Part shown: positions 18,717 through 29,021 of the stretch, piece by piece
How positions within the stretch are numbered: position 1 is the stretch's first letter
Layout: each line of letters begins with the position of its first letter
Assembly: GCA_040006915.1 (NCBI GenBank)
Contig: JBDTWD010000005.1
Coordinates: 23,394 to 87,393, forward strand
DNA length: 64,000 nucleotides
DNA from: Candidatus Woesebacteria bacterium
GTDB lineage: Bacteria > Patescibacteriota > Microgenomatia > UBA1400 > UBA12028
Reading direction: 5' to 3'
The notes under the pieces: generated by a model
The model's input: only the letters and a program-made list of their open reading frames with translations
The model's database searches: none
What the model was told of the DNA's origin: nothing
Program-made: the position numbers and the translations under genes

Positions 18717-19970
18717 ATGTCCAAGATTACTTTACTTACTGCTCGTGAGATTTTAGATTCTAGAGGTTTCCCAACGGTTGAGGTGCGTATTGATGTCGAC
18801 ACCGGACAAAGTGTGAGAGCCAGTGTTCCCGGAGGAACCGGTACTGGCAAGCACGAAGCTTTAGAAATTCGCGATGGTGACCCAGCTCGGATGGGGGGGA
18901 AAGGCGTAAAGAAAGTTGTCGCCACTATTAATGAAACCATCGCTCCATTAGTCATTGGCCAAGATCCTATTCGGCAAACGGCTACTGACCAAATGCTCTA
19001 CAATCTTGATGGCACACCGAATAAAAGCAAACTGGGTGCAAATGCGATTTTAGGGGTATCAATGGCGGTGTGCAAAGCAGGAGCCGCAAGTGTCGGAATG
19101 CCTGTCTATAAGTACCTCAAAGAGAAATATGCCATCACCTCTACTTTTCATATCCCTTCGCCAATTTTTAACTTAATTAATGGCGGCGCGCATGGAGCGG
19201 GTAACTTGGACTTTCAAGAATTCCATGTGATTCCGACGAGCAACAAACCGTTTTCAGCTTCACTCCAACTAGGAGTTGAGTTTTTCATGGCCTTAGAGCA
19301 AGTTTTGATTTCTAAAAATGCAATTCACAGTGTGGGAATTGAAGGAGGATTTGCGCCGAATCTATTTACCAATCTTGACGCTCTGGAATTACTCCTTGAA
19401 GCGATGAAACGTACTCCATATCTTTTCGGCCAAGATTTATTCTTTGGATTGGATGTGGCTGCAGACTACTTTTTTAAAAATGGAAAATATCAAATCCGTG
19501 ATCGACAAGATCCGTTCTCAGCCAAAGAATTACTTGAGTATTATAAGGAATTAAACAGTAAGTATCATATATTCTCGATTGAGGATCCATTCCAAGCTGA
19601 TGATTGGCAAGCTTGGAGTGCAATCACCGCAGAATTATCTGATCGAGTCGTGATTGTAGCCGATGATTTGGTGACCACGAATAAAGAGCGACTACAAAAA
19701 GCTATCAGTGAGAAAGCGTGTACCTCAGTTATGGTGAAACCAAATCAGATCGGAACAATCAGTGAAACTGTCGAAGTAGTAAAAATTGCCAAAGACGCCA
19801 AAATGCAGGTCGTCGCATCACATCGAAGTGGAGAAACGAATGATGACTTCATTGCCGACTTTGCGGTGGGACTCGGATGTGATTACGTTAAATTCGGGGC
19901 TCCGATTCGAGGAGAACGTGTTGCTAAATACAATCGACTCCTTGAGATCGAAGCAGAACTTCCAAAATGA
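18717..19970 (+). CDS. eno: Enolase
   Basis: AREILDSRGFPTVE, LGANAILGVS, EGGFAP, SIEDPF, KPNQIGT, SHRSGET, ERVAKYNRLLEIE. Confidence 0.95.
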   Translation: MSKITLLTAREILDSRGFPTVEVRIDVDTGQSVRASVPGGTGTGKHEALEIRDGDPARMGGKGVKKVVATINETIAPLVIGQDPIRQTATDQMLYNLDGTPNKSKLGANAILGVSMAVCKAGAASVGMPVYKYLKEKYAITSTFHIPSPIFNLINGGAHGAGNLDFQEFHVIPTSNKPFSASLQLGVEFFMALEQVLISKNAIHSVGIEGGFAPNLFTNLDALELLLEAMKRTPYLFGQDLFFGLDVAADYFFKNGKYQIRDRQDPFSAKELLEYYKELNSKYHIFSIEDPFQADDWQAWSAITAELSDRVVIVADDLVTTNKERLQKAISEKACTSVMVKPNQIGTISETVEVVKIAKDAKMQVVASHRSGETNDDFIADFAVGLGCDYVKFGAPIRGERVAKYNRLLEIEAELPK

Positions 19971-21595
19971 CCAAACCAAAACCGGTAGTACTACTAATCC
20001 TTGATGGCTGGGGAATTGGCCCTGCAAACGCGGGTAATGCCATAACCAGAGCCAATACTCCTAACATGCGTAAGTACTGGGTATCGTTTCCCCACACCCA
20101 ACTCACTGCTTCTGGAGAGGCGGTTGGGCTTCCGCGCGGGGAAGACGGCAATACCGAAACTGGTCACTTAAATATTGGTGCAGGAAAGATCGTGTACCAA
20201 GATTTACCACGCATTAATATGAGTATTGCGGATGGTACGTTCGGGACCAATCGCGTCTTCTTAGAAGCTTTTGAACATGTGAAGAAAAATAATTCCGCGT
20301 TGCATTTGATGGGGTTAGTCGGTTCAGGTGGAGTGCACAGCAATATCGAACATCTCTATGCCCTGCTCTCAGCCGCAAAAAAAAATGGCCTCGGAGAAAA
20401 CGTATTCTTACACTTGTTTACAGACGGCCGCGACTCACCCCCAACATCAGCTATTTCATTTGTGACCCAAATCCAAGAACAATGTAAATCGTTAGGGATC
20501 GGACAGATTGCTACCATTATCGGCAGATATTACGCGATGGATCGAGACAAACGCTGGGATCGGACGCAGCTTGCCTACGATGCGCTGACGGTGGGAAGTG
20601 CCACCTGTACGAGTGATCCGCTTGCTATCATCCAGGAGCGATACAAAGCCGGAGAGACCGATGAGTTTATCAAACCAATTTCCGTCTGTGCTCATGATGG
20701 GAAGCCCAAAGTCATCACTGATAAGGATGCAGTCATTTTTTACAACTTCCGTATCGATCGTCCCCGGGAATTAACAAAGGCTTTCGTGCTTCCCAATTTT
20801 GAGAGCGGAATTTCCTCCGAAGGATTCGATCCCTATACAGTCAAATATCACCACACCCATATTCAGCAACAACCAGCAGCTACCCAAACATTTCAGCGTC
20901 AAAAAATTCTTAAAGATTTATATTTTGTGACTATGACTGAGTATGAACGAGGATTGCCGACCAACATTGCCTATCCTCCTCAGACAGTTGAAATGCCGCT
21001 GGGAAGAGTAATCGAACAACGGGCCTTGAAACAACTACGCATGAGCGAGACTGAAAAAGAACGATTTGTTACCTACTATTTTAACGGCTTACGTGAAGAC
21101 GCGTTCAGTGGCGAAGATCACATTATTATCCCCAGTAAAAAAGTAGCGACCTATGATTTGGCTCCGGAAATGAGTGCTCGAGAAATTACTCAAACATTCC
21201 TTGAGAAACTCAATGGCGATTTCTATGACTTCGTCTGTATTAATCTTGCGAACGCCGATATGGTAGGCCATACCGGGAATTTAACTGCAGCAATGAAAGC
21301 AATCGAGATCGTCGATGAGTGCGTCGGTAAGATCGTCGCCGCTGTCACCATTCGAGGTGGGGTAGTCCTCATTACAGCTGATCACGGAAATGCGGAAGAA
21401 ATGATTAACAATGAAACTGGAGAGATCGATACAGAACACTCTGCTTATCCAGTCCCACTGTATCTTATTGGCAACCAATTCCAGAATCAGTCCACTATGC
21501 TGCAATCGGGAATTCTTGCTGACATCGCCCCGACTATATTAAAGTTGATGGATATTCCTAGGCCTGATAGTATGACGGGGCGAGCGCTTTTTTAA
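19967..21595 (+). CDS. gpmI: 2,3-bisphosphoglycerate-independent phosphoglycerate mutase
   Basis: LLILDGWG, GNTETGHLNIGAG, GGVHS, GRYYAMDRD, NADMVGHTG, TADHGNAE. Confidence 0.96.
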   Translation: MTKPKPVVLLILDGWGIGPANAGNAITRANTPNMRKYWVSFPHTQLTASGEAVGLPRGEDGNTETGHLNIGAGKIVYQDLPRINMSIADGTFGTNRVFLEAFEHVKKNNSALHLMGLVGSGGVHSNIEHLYALLSAAKKNGLGENVFLHLFTDGRDSPPTSAISFVTQIQEQCKSLGIGQIATIIGRYYAMDRDKRWDRTQLAYDALTVGSATCTSDPLAIIQERYKAGETDEFIKPISVCAHDGKPKVITDKDAVIFYNFRIDRPRELTKAFVLPNFESGISSEGFDPYTVKYHHTHIQQQPAATQTFQRQKILKDLYFVTMTEYERGLPTNIAYPPQTVEMPLGRVIEQRALKQLRMSETEKERFVTYYFNGLREDAFSGEDHIIIPSKKVATYDLAPEMSAREITQTFLEKLNGDFYDFVCINLANADMVGHTGNLTAAMKAIEIVDECVGKIVAAVTIRGGVVLITADHGNAEEMINNETGEIDTEHSAYPVPLYLIGNQFQNQSTMLQSGILADIAPTILKLMDIPRPDSMTGRALF

Positions 21596-21616
21596 TATTT
21601 TTATAAAGGAGAATAT

Positions 21617-21922
21617 ATGGCTATTTCACCTAAACTTGGTGTTGAAGCAACAGGAACTCTGTCAAATGAAGCTTTAGCTTCCATTGCCCTCACAGAAGAT
21701 AATGTAAAAGACATTGTGAAAACCGCTCTTCAAGGAGATGATACAAAATCTTTTATACAAAAGATGGGTCCTTTTATGAATAGACAAGAGGTTCTCACTG
21801 CTCTGCCCAAATTTCTGGCAGAATATGGAAAGACGGATGTGATGAGAAAAAACGAAGCTGCACCAAATATGAGGAAAGTGACAGAGCAAATATTAGCACA
21901 AGCGAAAGCAAAATATAGTTAG
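21617..21922 (+). CDS. Hypothetical protein
   Basis: 101-aa ORF with AAGGAG SD filling the gap between gpmI and acd. Confidence 0.65.
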   Translation: MAISPKLGVEATGTLSNEALASIALTEDNVKDIVKTALQGDDTKSFIQKMGPFMNRQEVLTALPKFLAEYGKTDVMRKNEAAPNMRKVTEQILAQAKAKYS

Positions 21923-21972
21923 GGTTTTAGTTTTCGCTTTACCCTTCACTCTAGCCCTGCTATTCTGAATGT

Positions 21973-24042
21973 ATGTTGGATTCGCTACTGCATCCCAAAT
22001 CTATTGCTATTGTCGGTGTTTCTTTGGAACCACAAAAAGTAGGGCATCAGGTTTTTGCTAACTTGCTTTCATTCCCAGGAAAGATCTACCCCATTAATCC
22101 AAAACATAAAAAAATATCTGGACATGTTTGTTATCCCGATGTTTTAAGCATTCCTGAACATATAGATTTGGTAATCATTGCTACCCCTGTCCCGACGGTT
22201 GAAGATGTCGTTCATCAATGCGTCGATAAGAAAGTGAAAGCGATAATCATTATCACGGCAGGGTTTGCAGAAAATGGGAAAGCCGGAAAAAAACTCCAAG
22301 ATCGAATTGCAACCACGCTTAAAAATAATGGCATTGCGCTGCTTGGTCCAAATACGTTGGGAGCCATTAATCCCTATGAAGATTTAAACGCTAGTTTTGC
22401 CCCGGCTCATATAGATAAAGGCTCCATCGCCCTTATCAGTCAATCCGGTGCGATGCTGACGACCATCTTTTCGCAGTTTGCTAGCCGTAAAATTGGCTGT
22501 TCATTTGCGCTCTCCTTAGGCAATGGAGCTGGAATTACAGTGAACGATGCACTCTCGTATGCAATGAAAGACCCAAAGACAAAGGTGATTGCATTGTATC
22601 TTGAATCGCTTCCAGATCTTCAGCATTTTTTCTATTTAACCAAAGAAATCAGTCAAACAAAACCAATTTTTCTCTTAAAAGGCGGAGTGACTGATCAAGG
22701 ACAGCATGCGTCACTTTCTCATACAGCAGCCTTAGCAACCGACAGTACGCTACTTCGTGAAGCCCAACATCAGTTTGGCTACACCATGGTTGATACCATT
22801 GAACAATTTATTGAAACCACTTTCTTTGCTGACAAATTAAAAGAGTTGCCTTTGAGCTTAATGATTCTCACCAATGCTGGTGGTCCCGGTGTAAACTCAA
22901 TCGATTTGGCATCGAATGCAGGTATTCGTTTGGCTTCGTGGACACCCGCAACTATCCAACGATTTGCCGCTAGTCTCCCCCGAGTGATTCCTCATAATCC
23001 GACAGATCTATTAGGAGACGCATCGGTTGCTGACATTGAAACAGCTCTCGCCTTTGCAAATGAAGATCCATTAATCGATTCCATCTTACTCATTATTACT
23101 CCCCAAGCGGTGACGGATATTCCCGGGATGGTGAAAATGCTCATCGAGAAGCAAAAAAACAATCGCAAGCCATTAGTTGTGGCTTTAATGACCGGAGAAG
23201 AGTATCGACGTGAACTGGTGAAATTACGGACGGCTGGCATCACCGCTGTCGAATATGCGAACGAAGGCGTTGAAATCTATGCATATCTTTCCCATGCCAG
23301 AGCTTCCGCACATACTGATCGATCGGCAACATTGATGAAAACCTTGGCTCACAACTTAACTGTTAATCCGTCACTTCCAAAAGGCCTTGAGACCAGACGG
23401 TCATTCCCACTGACTGAGAATGAACTTTCACAAGTATATCTGCTTCTCGAAGCCTACGGCTGTACGCTGCCTCGCGCGGCAATTGTCTCAAATCGAAAAC
23501 AACTCGATGACCTTGATGCTCTTGATCCGGCACGAGTCTATCCGTTGATTGCAAAAACTGCCAATTTGACCTTAAAACATAAAGCTATCCTCGGAGCAGT
23601 GATCAAAGATATTCAGAACAAAGATCAAGCCGTGCAGGCATTTGAAAAATTACAAAAATTTGGAAACCAAGTTGTGTTTCAAGAAGTTATTGAAGATGCA
23701 ATTGAAGTGATCATTGGGGTCAGGCGCGATCTGATCTATGGCCCGTTCATTGCGATTGGAACCGGTGGGAGCTTAACGAATATCATCGCTGACAGAGCCT
23801 ACATTTTCTTACCTGCCAGTGGACGGGAGATACGAACGGCCTTCAAACGAACAAAATTGTTTACTCTTCTTACTTCTGCGCAACGAGAGGAAGTTTTAAC
23901 CGTTTTGGAACAATGCCAATCTCTATTCGAAGAGCATTCAGAAATTTTCGAATTAGAAATTAATCCCCTGATGGTAACCAAAGAAAAAAGTTACGTCGCA
24001 GACATCAAAGTGCAGATGCAGAGCAAAGAAGAAAGGGTATAA
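21973..24042 (+). CDS. ADP-forming acetate--CoA ligase, fused alpha/beta
   Basis: CoA-binding N-terminus (PKSIAIVG, YPINP), GPNTLG, SQSGA, SHTAALA, TNAGGPG, NPTDLLGDA, C-terminal ATP-grasp LEINPL. Confidence 0.9.
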   Translation: MLDSLLHPKSIAIVGVSLEPQKVGHQVFANLLSFPGKIYPINPKHKKISGHVCYPDVLSIPEHIDLVIIATPVPTVEDVVHQCVDKKVKAIIIITAGFAENGKAGKKLQDRIATTLKNNGIALLGPNTLGAINPYEDLNASFAPAHIDKGSIALISQSGAMLTTIFSQFASRKIGCSFALSLGNGAGITVNDALSYAMKDPKTKVIALYLESLPDLQHFFYLTKEISQTKPIFLLKGGVTDQGQHASLSHTAALATDSTLLREAQHQFGYTMVDTIEQFIETTFFADKLKELPLSLMILTNAGGPGVNSIDLASNAGIRLASWTPATIQRFAASLPRVIPHNPTDLLGDASVADIETALAFANEDPLIDSILLIITPQAVTDIPGMVKMLIEKQKNNRKPLVVALMTGEEYRRELVKLRTAGITAVEYANEGVEIYAYLSHARASAHTDRSATLMKTLAHNLTVNPSLPKGLETRRSFPLTENELSQVYLLLEAYGCTLPRAAIVSNRKQLDDLDALDPARVYPLIAKTANLTLKHKAILGAVIKDIQNKDQAVQAFEKLQKFGNQVVFQEVIEDAIEVIIGVRRDLIYGPFIAIGTGGSLTNIIADRAYIFLPASGREIRTAFKRTKLFTLLTSAQREEVLTVLEQCQSLFEEHSEIFELEINPLMVTKEKSYVADIKVQMQSKEERV

Positions 24043-25877
24043 TGGCGATGAATATGATATTCAATTGGAAAATTGGTGGAAGAGCCGGCGAAGGCATTGC
24101 TGCTACCAGTTTCTTGATGGCTAAAATTGCGCAGCGAGCTGGTCTGTCTGTTTTCGAGTACGGGGAATACCCTTCTCTTATCCGCGGAGGTCATACGACC
24201 GGACAAGTTCATGCCGGCTCAGAACCAATCACTGTGCAGAAAAAAATGGTAGATTTGATGATTGTTCTCAATGAGGACTGTATCAAACTTCATCTCACTG
24301 AATTTGATGAACACACAAAATTTTTGGTTGATACCCAAGACGATAAAATTGATTTCACAAAATATCCAAGCATCAAACCTGAACAAATTGTTTCCGTTCC
24401 CATGGTACAGATTGCGCGAGAAACAACTGGAAAATCTTTAGCTTCAAACATGGTGGCTTTAGCGGTGTCTTGTTCGCTTCTAGGACTTGAGAAACAAGCT
24501 CATATTGAAGTCATTAAAAGCTTCTTCGGTCGCAAGGGACAAGAGGTAGTTGACGAAAATATTCGTGCGGCACAGAAAGGCTACGAATTTATCACTCATC
24601 AAGCAACACCCGCTCCAGAAGCAGCTCCAGCTCCTGAAGTATCTACTTCAGTCGAGGAAAGTACACAAAATTCTACCCCAATGACCGCTGGAAGCAGTGC
24701 TGAAAAAAGTATGGCAACTGAACCTGTTGCAAACACCCCTCAGTCATCCTCAAATACCCTGTTATTGACCGGATCTGAAGCCATTGGTTTTGGAGCGCTT
24801 TCAGCTGGAGTGCAATATTATAGTGCCTACCCCATGACACCATCTTCAGCATTGATGACCTTTATGGCGGATGCACAGCAGCATTACCCCATGGTTCTAA
24901 AACACGCAGAAGATGAAATTGCGGCAATTAACAATGTCTTAGGAGCAGCATTTTCGGGAGCGCGAGCAATGACGGGAACTGCTGGCGGTGGTTTTGCACT
25001 CATGGTCGAAGGCGTGTCTCTAGCTGGGGTGACCGAACTTCCACTCGTAGTTTTAGTTGCCGGTAGACCGGGACCAGCGACCGGACTTCCGACTTGGACA
25101 TCACAGACTGATCTTTCGTATGTCATTTATTCTGGACATGGCGAGTTTCCCAAAGTCGTTTTTACTCCCGGAAATTTGGAGGAGTGTTTTAAACTCACTC
25201 GCATTGCTTTCTTAATTGCGGAAAAATATCAAACTCAAGTGTATATTATTGCGGACAAAATTCTGCTGGAATCTCGCATGACAATTGATCGGAGCTTGAT
25301 TCCCACAGATTTTACCAACCAACGATTTTCATTCGCACAAGATCCATTACCGGAAGATAATTCATACAGACGTTTTGTCGATACCAAAGAAGGATATTCT
25401 CCTCGCTCAGTTCCAGGACAACCACATGGACTGCAACTGACCAACAGTTATGAACATGATGAGTTCGGATATGCAACCGAAGAAGCAGAGATGACCAAGA
25501 AAATGGTGGAAAAACGCATGAGAAAATTAGATGGAATTATAAAAGAGATTCCCGGTCCAATTTTGATTGGGCCACAAGAAGCTGATCTCACTTTTGTCTG
25601 CTGGGGAAGCTCAAGATTGGCTTTGGAAGAGGTGATCAAACATACCAATGCAAACATTATTCATTTGATGACCATGCTGCCATTTAAAGTTGAAGAATTT
25701 AAAAACCTGGCAAGCAAAACAAAAAAGATGATCATGGTTGAAGAAAATATTGGCCGCCAAGCAGAAATGCATATCAAAAAAGAGACAGGGGTTACCTTTG
25801 AACATCGTATCAATCGCTATGATGGCAGACCTTTGTACGCAGAAGAAATTTTAGAAGAGATACAACACCTACATTAA
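24042..25877 (+). CDS. 2-oxoacid:ferredoxin oxidoreductase alpha subunit (gamma-alpha fusion)
   Basis: GGRAGEG, YPSLIRGGH, AYPMTPSS, EDEIAA, RPGPATGLPT, GHGEFP. Confidence 0.93.
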   Translation: MAMNMIFNWKIGGRAGEGIAATSFLMAKIAQRAGLSVFEYGEYPSLIRGGHTTGQVHAGSEPITVQKKMVDLMIVLNEDCIKLHLTEFDEHTKFLVDTQDDKIDFTKYPSIKPEQIVSVPMVQIARETTGKSLASNMVALAVSCSLLGLEKQAHIEVIKSFFGRKGQEVVDENIRAAQKGYEFITHQATPAPEAAPAPEVSTSVEESTQNSTPMTAGSSAEKSMATEPVANTPQSSSNTLLLTGSEAIGFGALSAGVQYYSAYPMTPSSALMTFMADAQQHYPMVLKHAEDEIAAINNVLGAAFSGARAMTGTAGGGFALMVEGVSLAGVTELPLVVLVAGRPGPATGLPTWTSQTDLSYVIYSGHGEFPKVVFTPGNLEECFKLTRIAFLIAEKYQTQVYIIADKILLESRMTIDRSLIPTDFTNQRFSFAQDPLPEDNSYRRFVDTKEGYSPRSVPGQPHGLQLTNSYEHDEFGYATEEAEMTKKMVEKRMRKLDGIIKEIPGPILIGPQEADLTFVCWGSSRLALEEVIKHTNANIIHLMTMLPFKVEEFKNLASKTKKMIMVEENIGRQAEMHIKKETGVTFEHRINRYDGRPLYAEEILEEIQHLH

Positions 25878-25888
25878 CAGGAGCTTTT

Positions 25889-26158
25889 ATGACTGAAAAA
25901 TACGGAGATATCGATACAGAGAAAGAAATATTTAAATTCCTTTCAGTCCATGAGGGTGAGTCCGCCAGCATGGAACAAGTCATTCGTACTATATTAACTG
26001 AGCATGGTGGCTCGCTCTCACCAACAGATCTTGTAGCGGAAGTGAAGAAACGAGTGGAAGCAGCACAGCTGGCATGGAGCCATATGCTTTTTTCTGCAGT
26101 AGTGTCGAGCAAATTTTTCCTCGATTCAGACCTTATTGTTCATCTGAACACACCATAA
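25889..26158 (+). CDS. Hypothetical protein inserted between the OFOR subunits
   Basis: 89-aa ORF with AGGAG SD, same strand, tight spacing. Confidence 0.6.
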   Translation: MTEKYGDIDTEKEIFKFLSVHEGESASMEQVIRTILTEHGGSLSPTDLVAEVKKRVEAAQLAWSHMLFSAVVSSKFFLDSDLIVHLNTP

Positions 26159-26164
26159 AACTCT

Positions 26165-27022
26165 ATGACAACAAGTGACATTACATTAAAATCCCCTAAC
26201 TTTCCCACCTGGTGTCCAGGATGTGGAGACTATGGAATTTGGAGTGCAATAAAAAAAGCGTTAGTTGAGTCCAATATTCCTGAAGAACAACTGGTGATCG
26301 TTTATGGTGTCGGATGTTCTGGGAACATGGCAGACTTCCTTCGCTGTTATGGATTCCATGCGCTGCACGGTCGGGCACTTCCCGTTGCCGAAGCAATTAA
26401 GCTTGCCAATCATGATTTGAAAGTCCTCGTCATCGCTGGGGATGGTGACACATATGGTGAAGGTATGGGACATTTTGTTGCAGCCTGTCGTGGTAATCAT
26501 GATATTACACTCCTAGTTCATAACAACCAAGTGTATGGTCTGACGACTGGTCAGGCAGCACCTACCACACCCAAAGGCTGGGAAACCAAATCAACTCCTA
26601 CCGGACAGATCGAAGTTCCAGTAAACCCAATTGCTATTGCGGCATCGACAGGAGCCTCATTTATTGCGCGGGGCTATGCCGGTAACATTCCCTTTACATC
26701 AGAACTTATTAAAAAGGCAATTAATCATAAAGGATTTTCCTTAGTCGATACGTTCCAACCCTGTGTTACTTTTAACAAACACAACACGCATGTCTGGTAC
26801 AACGAACACACCAACAAGCTCGATGAAACACGGGATACAAGTGACCCAATGGAAGCAATTAAACTATCCATGGATCCAGAGAAACTGCATTTGGGAGTTT
26901 TGTACGAAAACCAAACAGTGAAACCATATCACGAGTGGGTTCCCAACCTTACCAAAGGTTCACTAGTGAAACAATTTGCAACTCAGGTCTCACTCGCTGA
27001 AAGCTTCAAACAATATCTCTAG
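26165..27022 (+). CDS. 2-oxoacid:ferredoxin oxidoreductase beta subunit
   Basis: WCPGCGD, GVGCSG, LHGRALP, GDGD TPP motif, NNQVYGLTTGQ, QPCVTFN. Confidence 0.94.
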   Translation: MTTSDITLKSPNFPTWCPGCGDYGIWSAIKKALVESNIPEEQLVIVYGVGCSGNMADFLRCYGFHALHGRALPVAEAIKLANHDLKVLVIAGDGDTYGEGMGHFVAACRGNHDITLLVHNNQVYGLTTGQAAPTTPKGWETKSTPTGQIEVPVNPIAIAASTGASFIARGYAGNIPFTSELIKKAINHKGFSLVDTFQPCVTFNKHNTHVWYNEHTNKLDETRDTSDPMEAIKLSMDPEKLHLGVLYENQTVKPYHEWVPNLTKGSLVKQFATQVSLAESFKQYL

Positions 27023-27626
27023 GATCGAGTTCTTTTTCTCCACCTCGCATATGAAGGATTGCTGGGATGATTGAAACTACGACAATAATTGCGATGATTG
27101 GTAACAGATATTTGTCAGCATTCGGAATGATACGACCTAAAAAGTATCCTCCCAATACCATCCCTGAGGCCCACAGAGTGCCACCCACGATGTTGTTTAG
27201 GAAGAATTTCTCATAATGCATGTTCGCAATACCGGCGGCGATAGGAGCAAAGGTACGGACGGCAGGGATAAAACGAGCCAAGATTAATGCTTTGCCACCG
27301 TGTTTCTCATAAAATCTTTGAGCTTGAGTCAAATATTTTTTCTTGAAGAAAAAAGAATCTTTCTGACGCATCAACCAGGATCCTAATTTCTTCCCGGTCC
27401 AATATCCAGCATTGTCACCTAAGACAGCAGCCGCCACCAAAAGTGGCACTAATACCCATAAATGGAAAACACCTTGGGATGCCAACAGTCCTGCGGTAAA
27501 AAGCAAACTATCACCAGGAAGAAAGAATCCGAAAAACAAACCAGACTCAGCAAAGACGATACCAAATAGACCGACATATCCCACCGTTTGGATAAGTTCG
27601 ATCAAATCAAAGTGTGGGAAGATCAT
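27006..27626 (-). CDS. DedA family membrane protein
   Basis: FAESGLFFGFFLPGDSLLF, LARFIPAVRTFAP. Confidence 0.93.
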   Translation of the reverse strand: MIFPHFDLIELIQTVGYVGLFGIVFAESGLFFGFFLPGDSLLFTAGLLASQGVFHLWVLVPLLVAAAVLGDNAGYWTGKKLGSWLMRQKDSFFFKKKYLTQAQRFYEKHGGKALILARFIPAVRTFAPIAAGIANMHYEKFFLNNIVGGTLWASGMVLGGYFLGRIIPNADKYLLPIIAIIVVVSIIPAILHMRGGEKELDPRDIV

Positions 27627-27636
27627 AGAAGAACGA

Positions 27637-28617
27637 TTATACAGGAAGCTCTGGAGTTTTATCTTCCGAATTCTGAGCTAACTGCCGGATATTTGAGAGT
27701 CCACGTTCTAAGGCTCCCAGAGATTGAGCACTGGTTCCAAACATATTCTGCGCATTTGTTAAGTGTTTTCCTAGAGTCATAAAGTTGTCTGAAAATTTCT
27801 CATAATCCTTTTGCACCCCTCGAAGCAATTTAAAGGCTTCTTTGGTTTTGGTTTCGATTTTCTTCCCTTCAAAGGACAGCATAATTGTTTGCAAATGGGC
27901 ATAAAACGTTGTCGGGGAAACCGGATATACCCGCGCATGGCTGGCATATTCAAGGATAGAATCATCAGCGGCAATTTCATAAAACACCGATTCACTGGGA
28001 ACATACATTAATGCAAAGTCCATGGTCCCCTCTTCAGGTAAAATATACTTTTGCGCAATTGCATCAATATGTCTCTTTACATCTCTAGTGAAGTCGCGTT
28101 TGGCCATCTCACGTTCACTTTGTGTTTCTCCTTTGAGCATCGCCTGAAAATGTTCCATTGGGAATTTTGAATCAATGGGTAAAATACCGGCATCGGTTTG
28201 AATTGCAGCATCAACAATTGCTCCTGATTTAAAACGATGTTGTAAGAAAAATTGATGTTTAGGGAAAACTTGACCAATAAGATCTGCCAAAACACGTTCA
28301 CCCATATTCCCTCGCAGTTTTGGAGATTTAAGCAAGGCATCCAAATCCTTCATGGATTGCCCTAATTCTGAGAATTTACCGGCCTCACGCTTGAGTTCTC
28401 CGATTACTTCGGCCGCATGGGTCAAACGGTCATTAATTTCTTTTGTCTGAGTTGAAATACTTTCGGACACGTGTCTGTTTGATTCGGATGCCTGTTGTTG
28501 GCTGGACTTAAGCCATTCAAGCAGTGTCGGATCAATAGCTGATTTTCTCGTTAGTAGATAAGCCACCATACCTAGCAGAGCTAGACATAAGACAGCTAAA
28601 ATAATGGTTAAAAACAT
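27637..28617 (-). CDS. rmuC: DNA recombination protein RmuC
   Basis: N-terminal TM, PKLRGNMGE, PIDSKFP, KYILPEEGTMDFALMYVPSE, VSPTT. Confidence 0.92.
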   Translation of the reverse strand: MFLTIILAVLCLALLGMVAYLLTRKSAIDPTLLEWLKSSQQQASESNRHVSESISTQTKEINDRLTHAAEVIGELKREAGKFSELGQSMKDLDALLKSPKLRGNMGERVLADLIGQVFPKHQFFLQHRFKSGAIVDAAIQTDAGILPIDSKFPMEHFQAMLKGETQSEREMAKRDFTRDVKRHIDAIAQKYILPEEGTMDFALMYVPSESVFYEIAADDSILEYASHARVYPVSPTTFYAHLQTIMLSFEGKKIETKTKEAFKLLRGVQKDYEKFSDNFMTLGKHLTNAQNMFGTSAQSLGALERGLSNIRQLAQNSEDKTPELPV

Positions 28618-28677
28618 GGAAAGTCAGTATACCAGTTAGCCTCTGTAGGCTCTAGTATCTCCATTTCTTAAATAAAT

Positions 28678-28957
28678 GCTTGGGTACCTATAAGCCAGAT
28701 TCTGTATTTGTGCAATCATCTATCTAATGCCTGCGACTTTATCACCGAAAAAAGGGAAACGTCCATTGTGGTGAAATTCGTCAGTTGCAGCGGGGAGGAT
28801 TGCCCGTTTCACCCGATACTTAAATCGGCTCGTCTCTGTTGCTCTAACTGTCTTCCGCTAAAAGCGGAACCTCTTGGTATTAACCAAGACACCCTGTTTC
28901 CTGCTGTCTGGACTTTCCTCTCGCCGATATGGCGAGCGACTGCCCGGTACCCAAGCT
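28678..28957 (-). ncRNA. rnpB: RNase P RNA (compact)
   Basis: Minus strand GAGGAAAGTCC and ACAGAATCTGGCTTAT (P4 signatures); P1 GCTTGGGTACC/GGTACCCAAGC; AGAGCAACAGAGAC and GTGAAACGG conserved; TATAAT at 28963-28968 upstream. Confidence 0.93.
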
Positions 28958-29021
28958 CTTGTATTATAACCCTTTTCGAGGGACAATGAGGCCATAGTAC
29001 TAAAAACCCCAGGAGTTCCTT

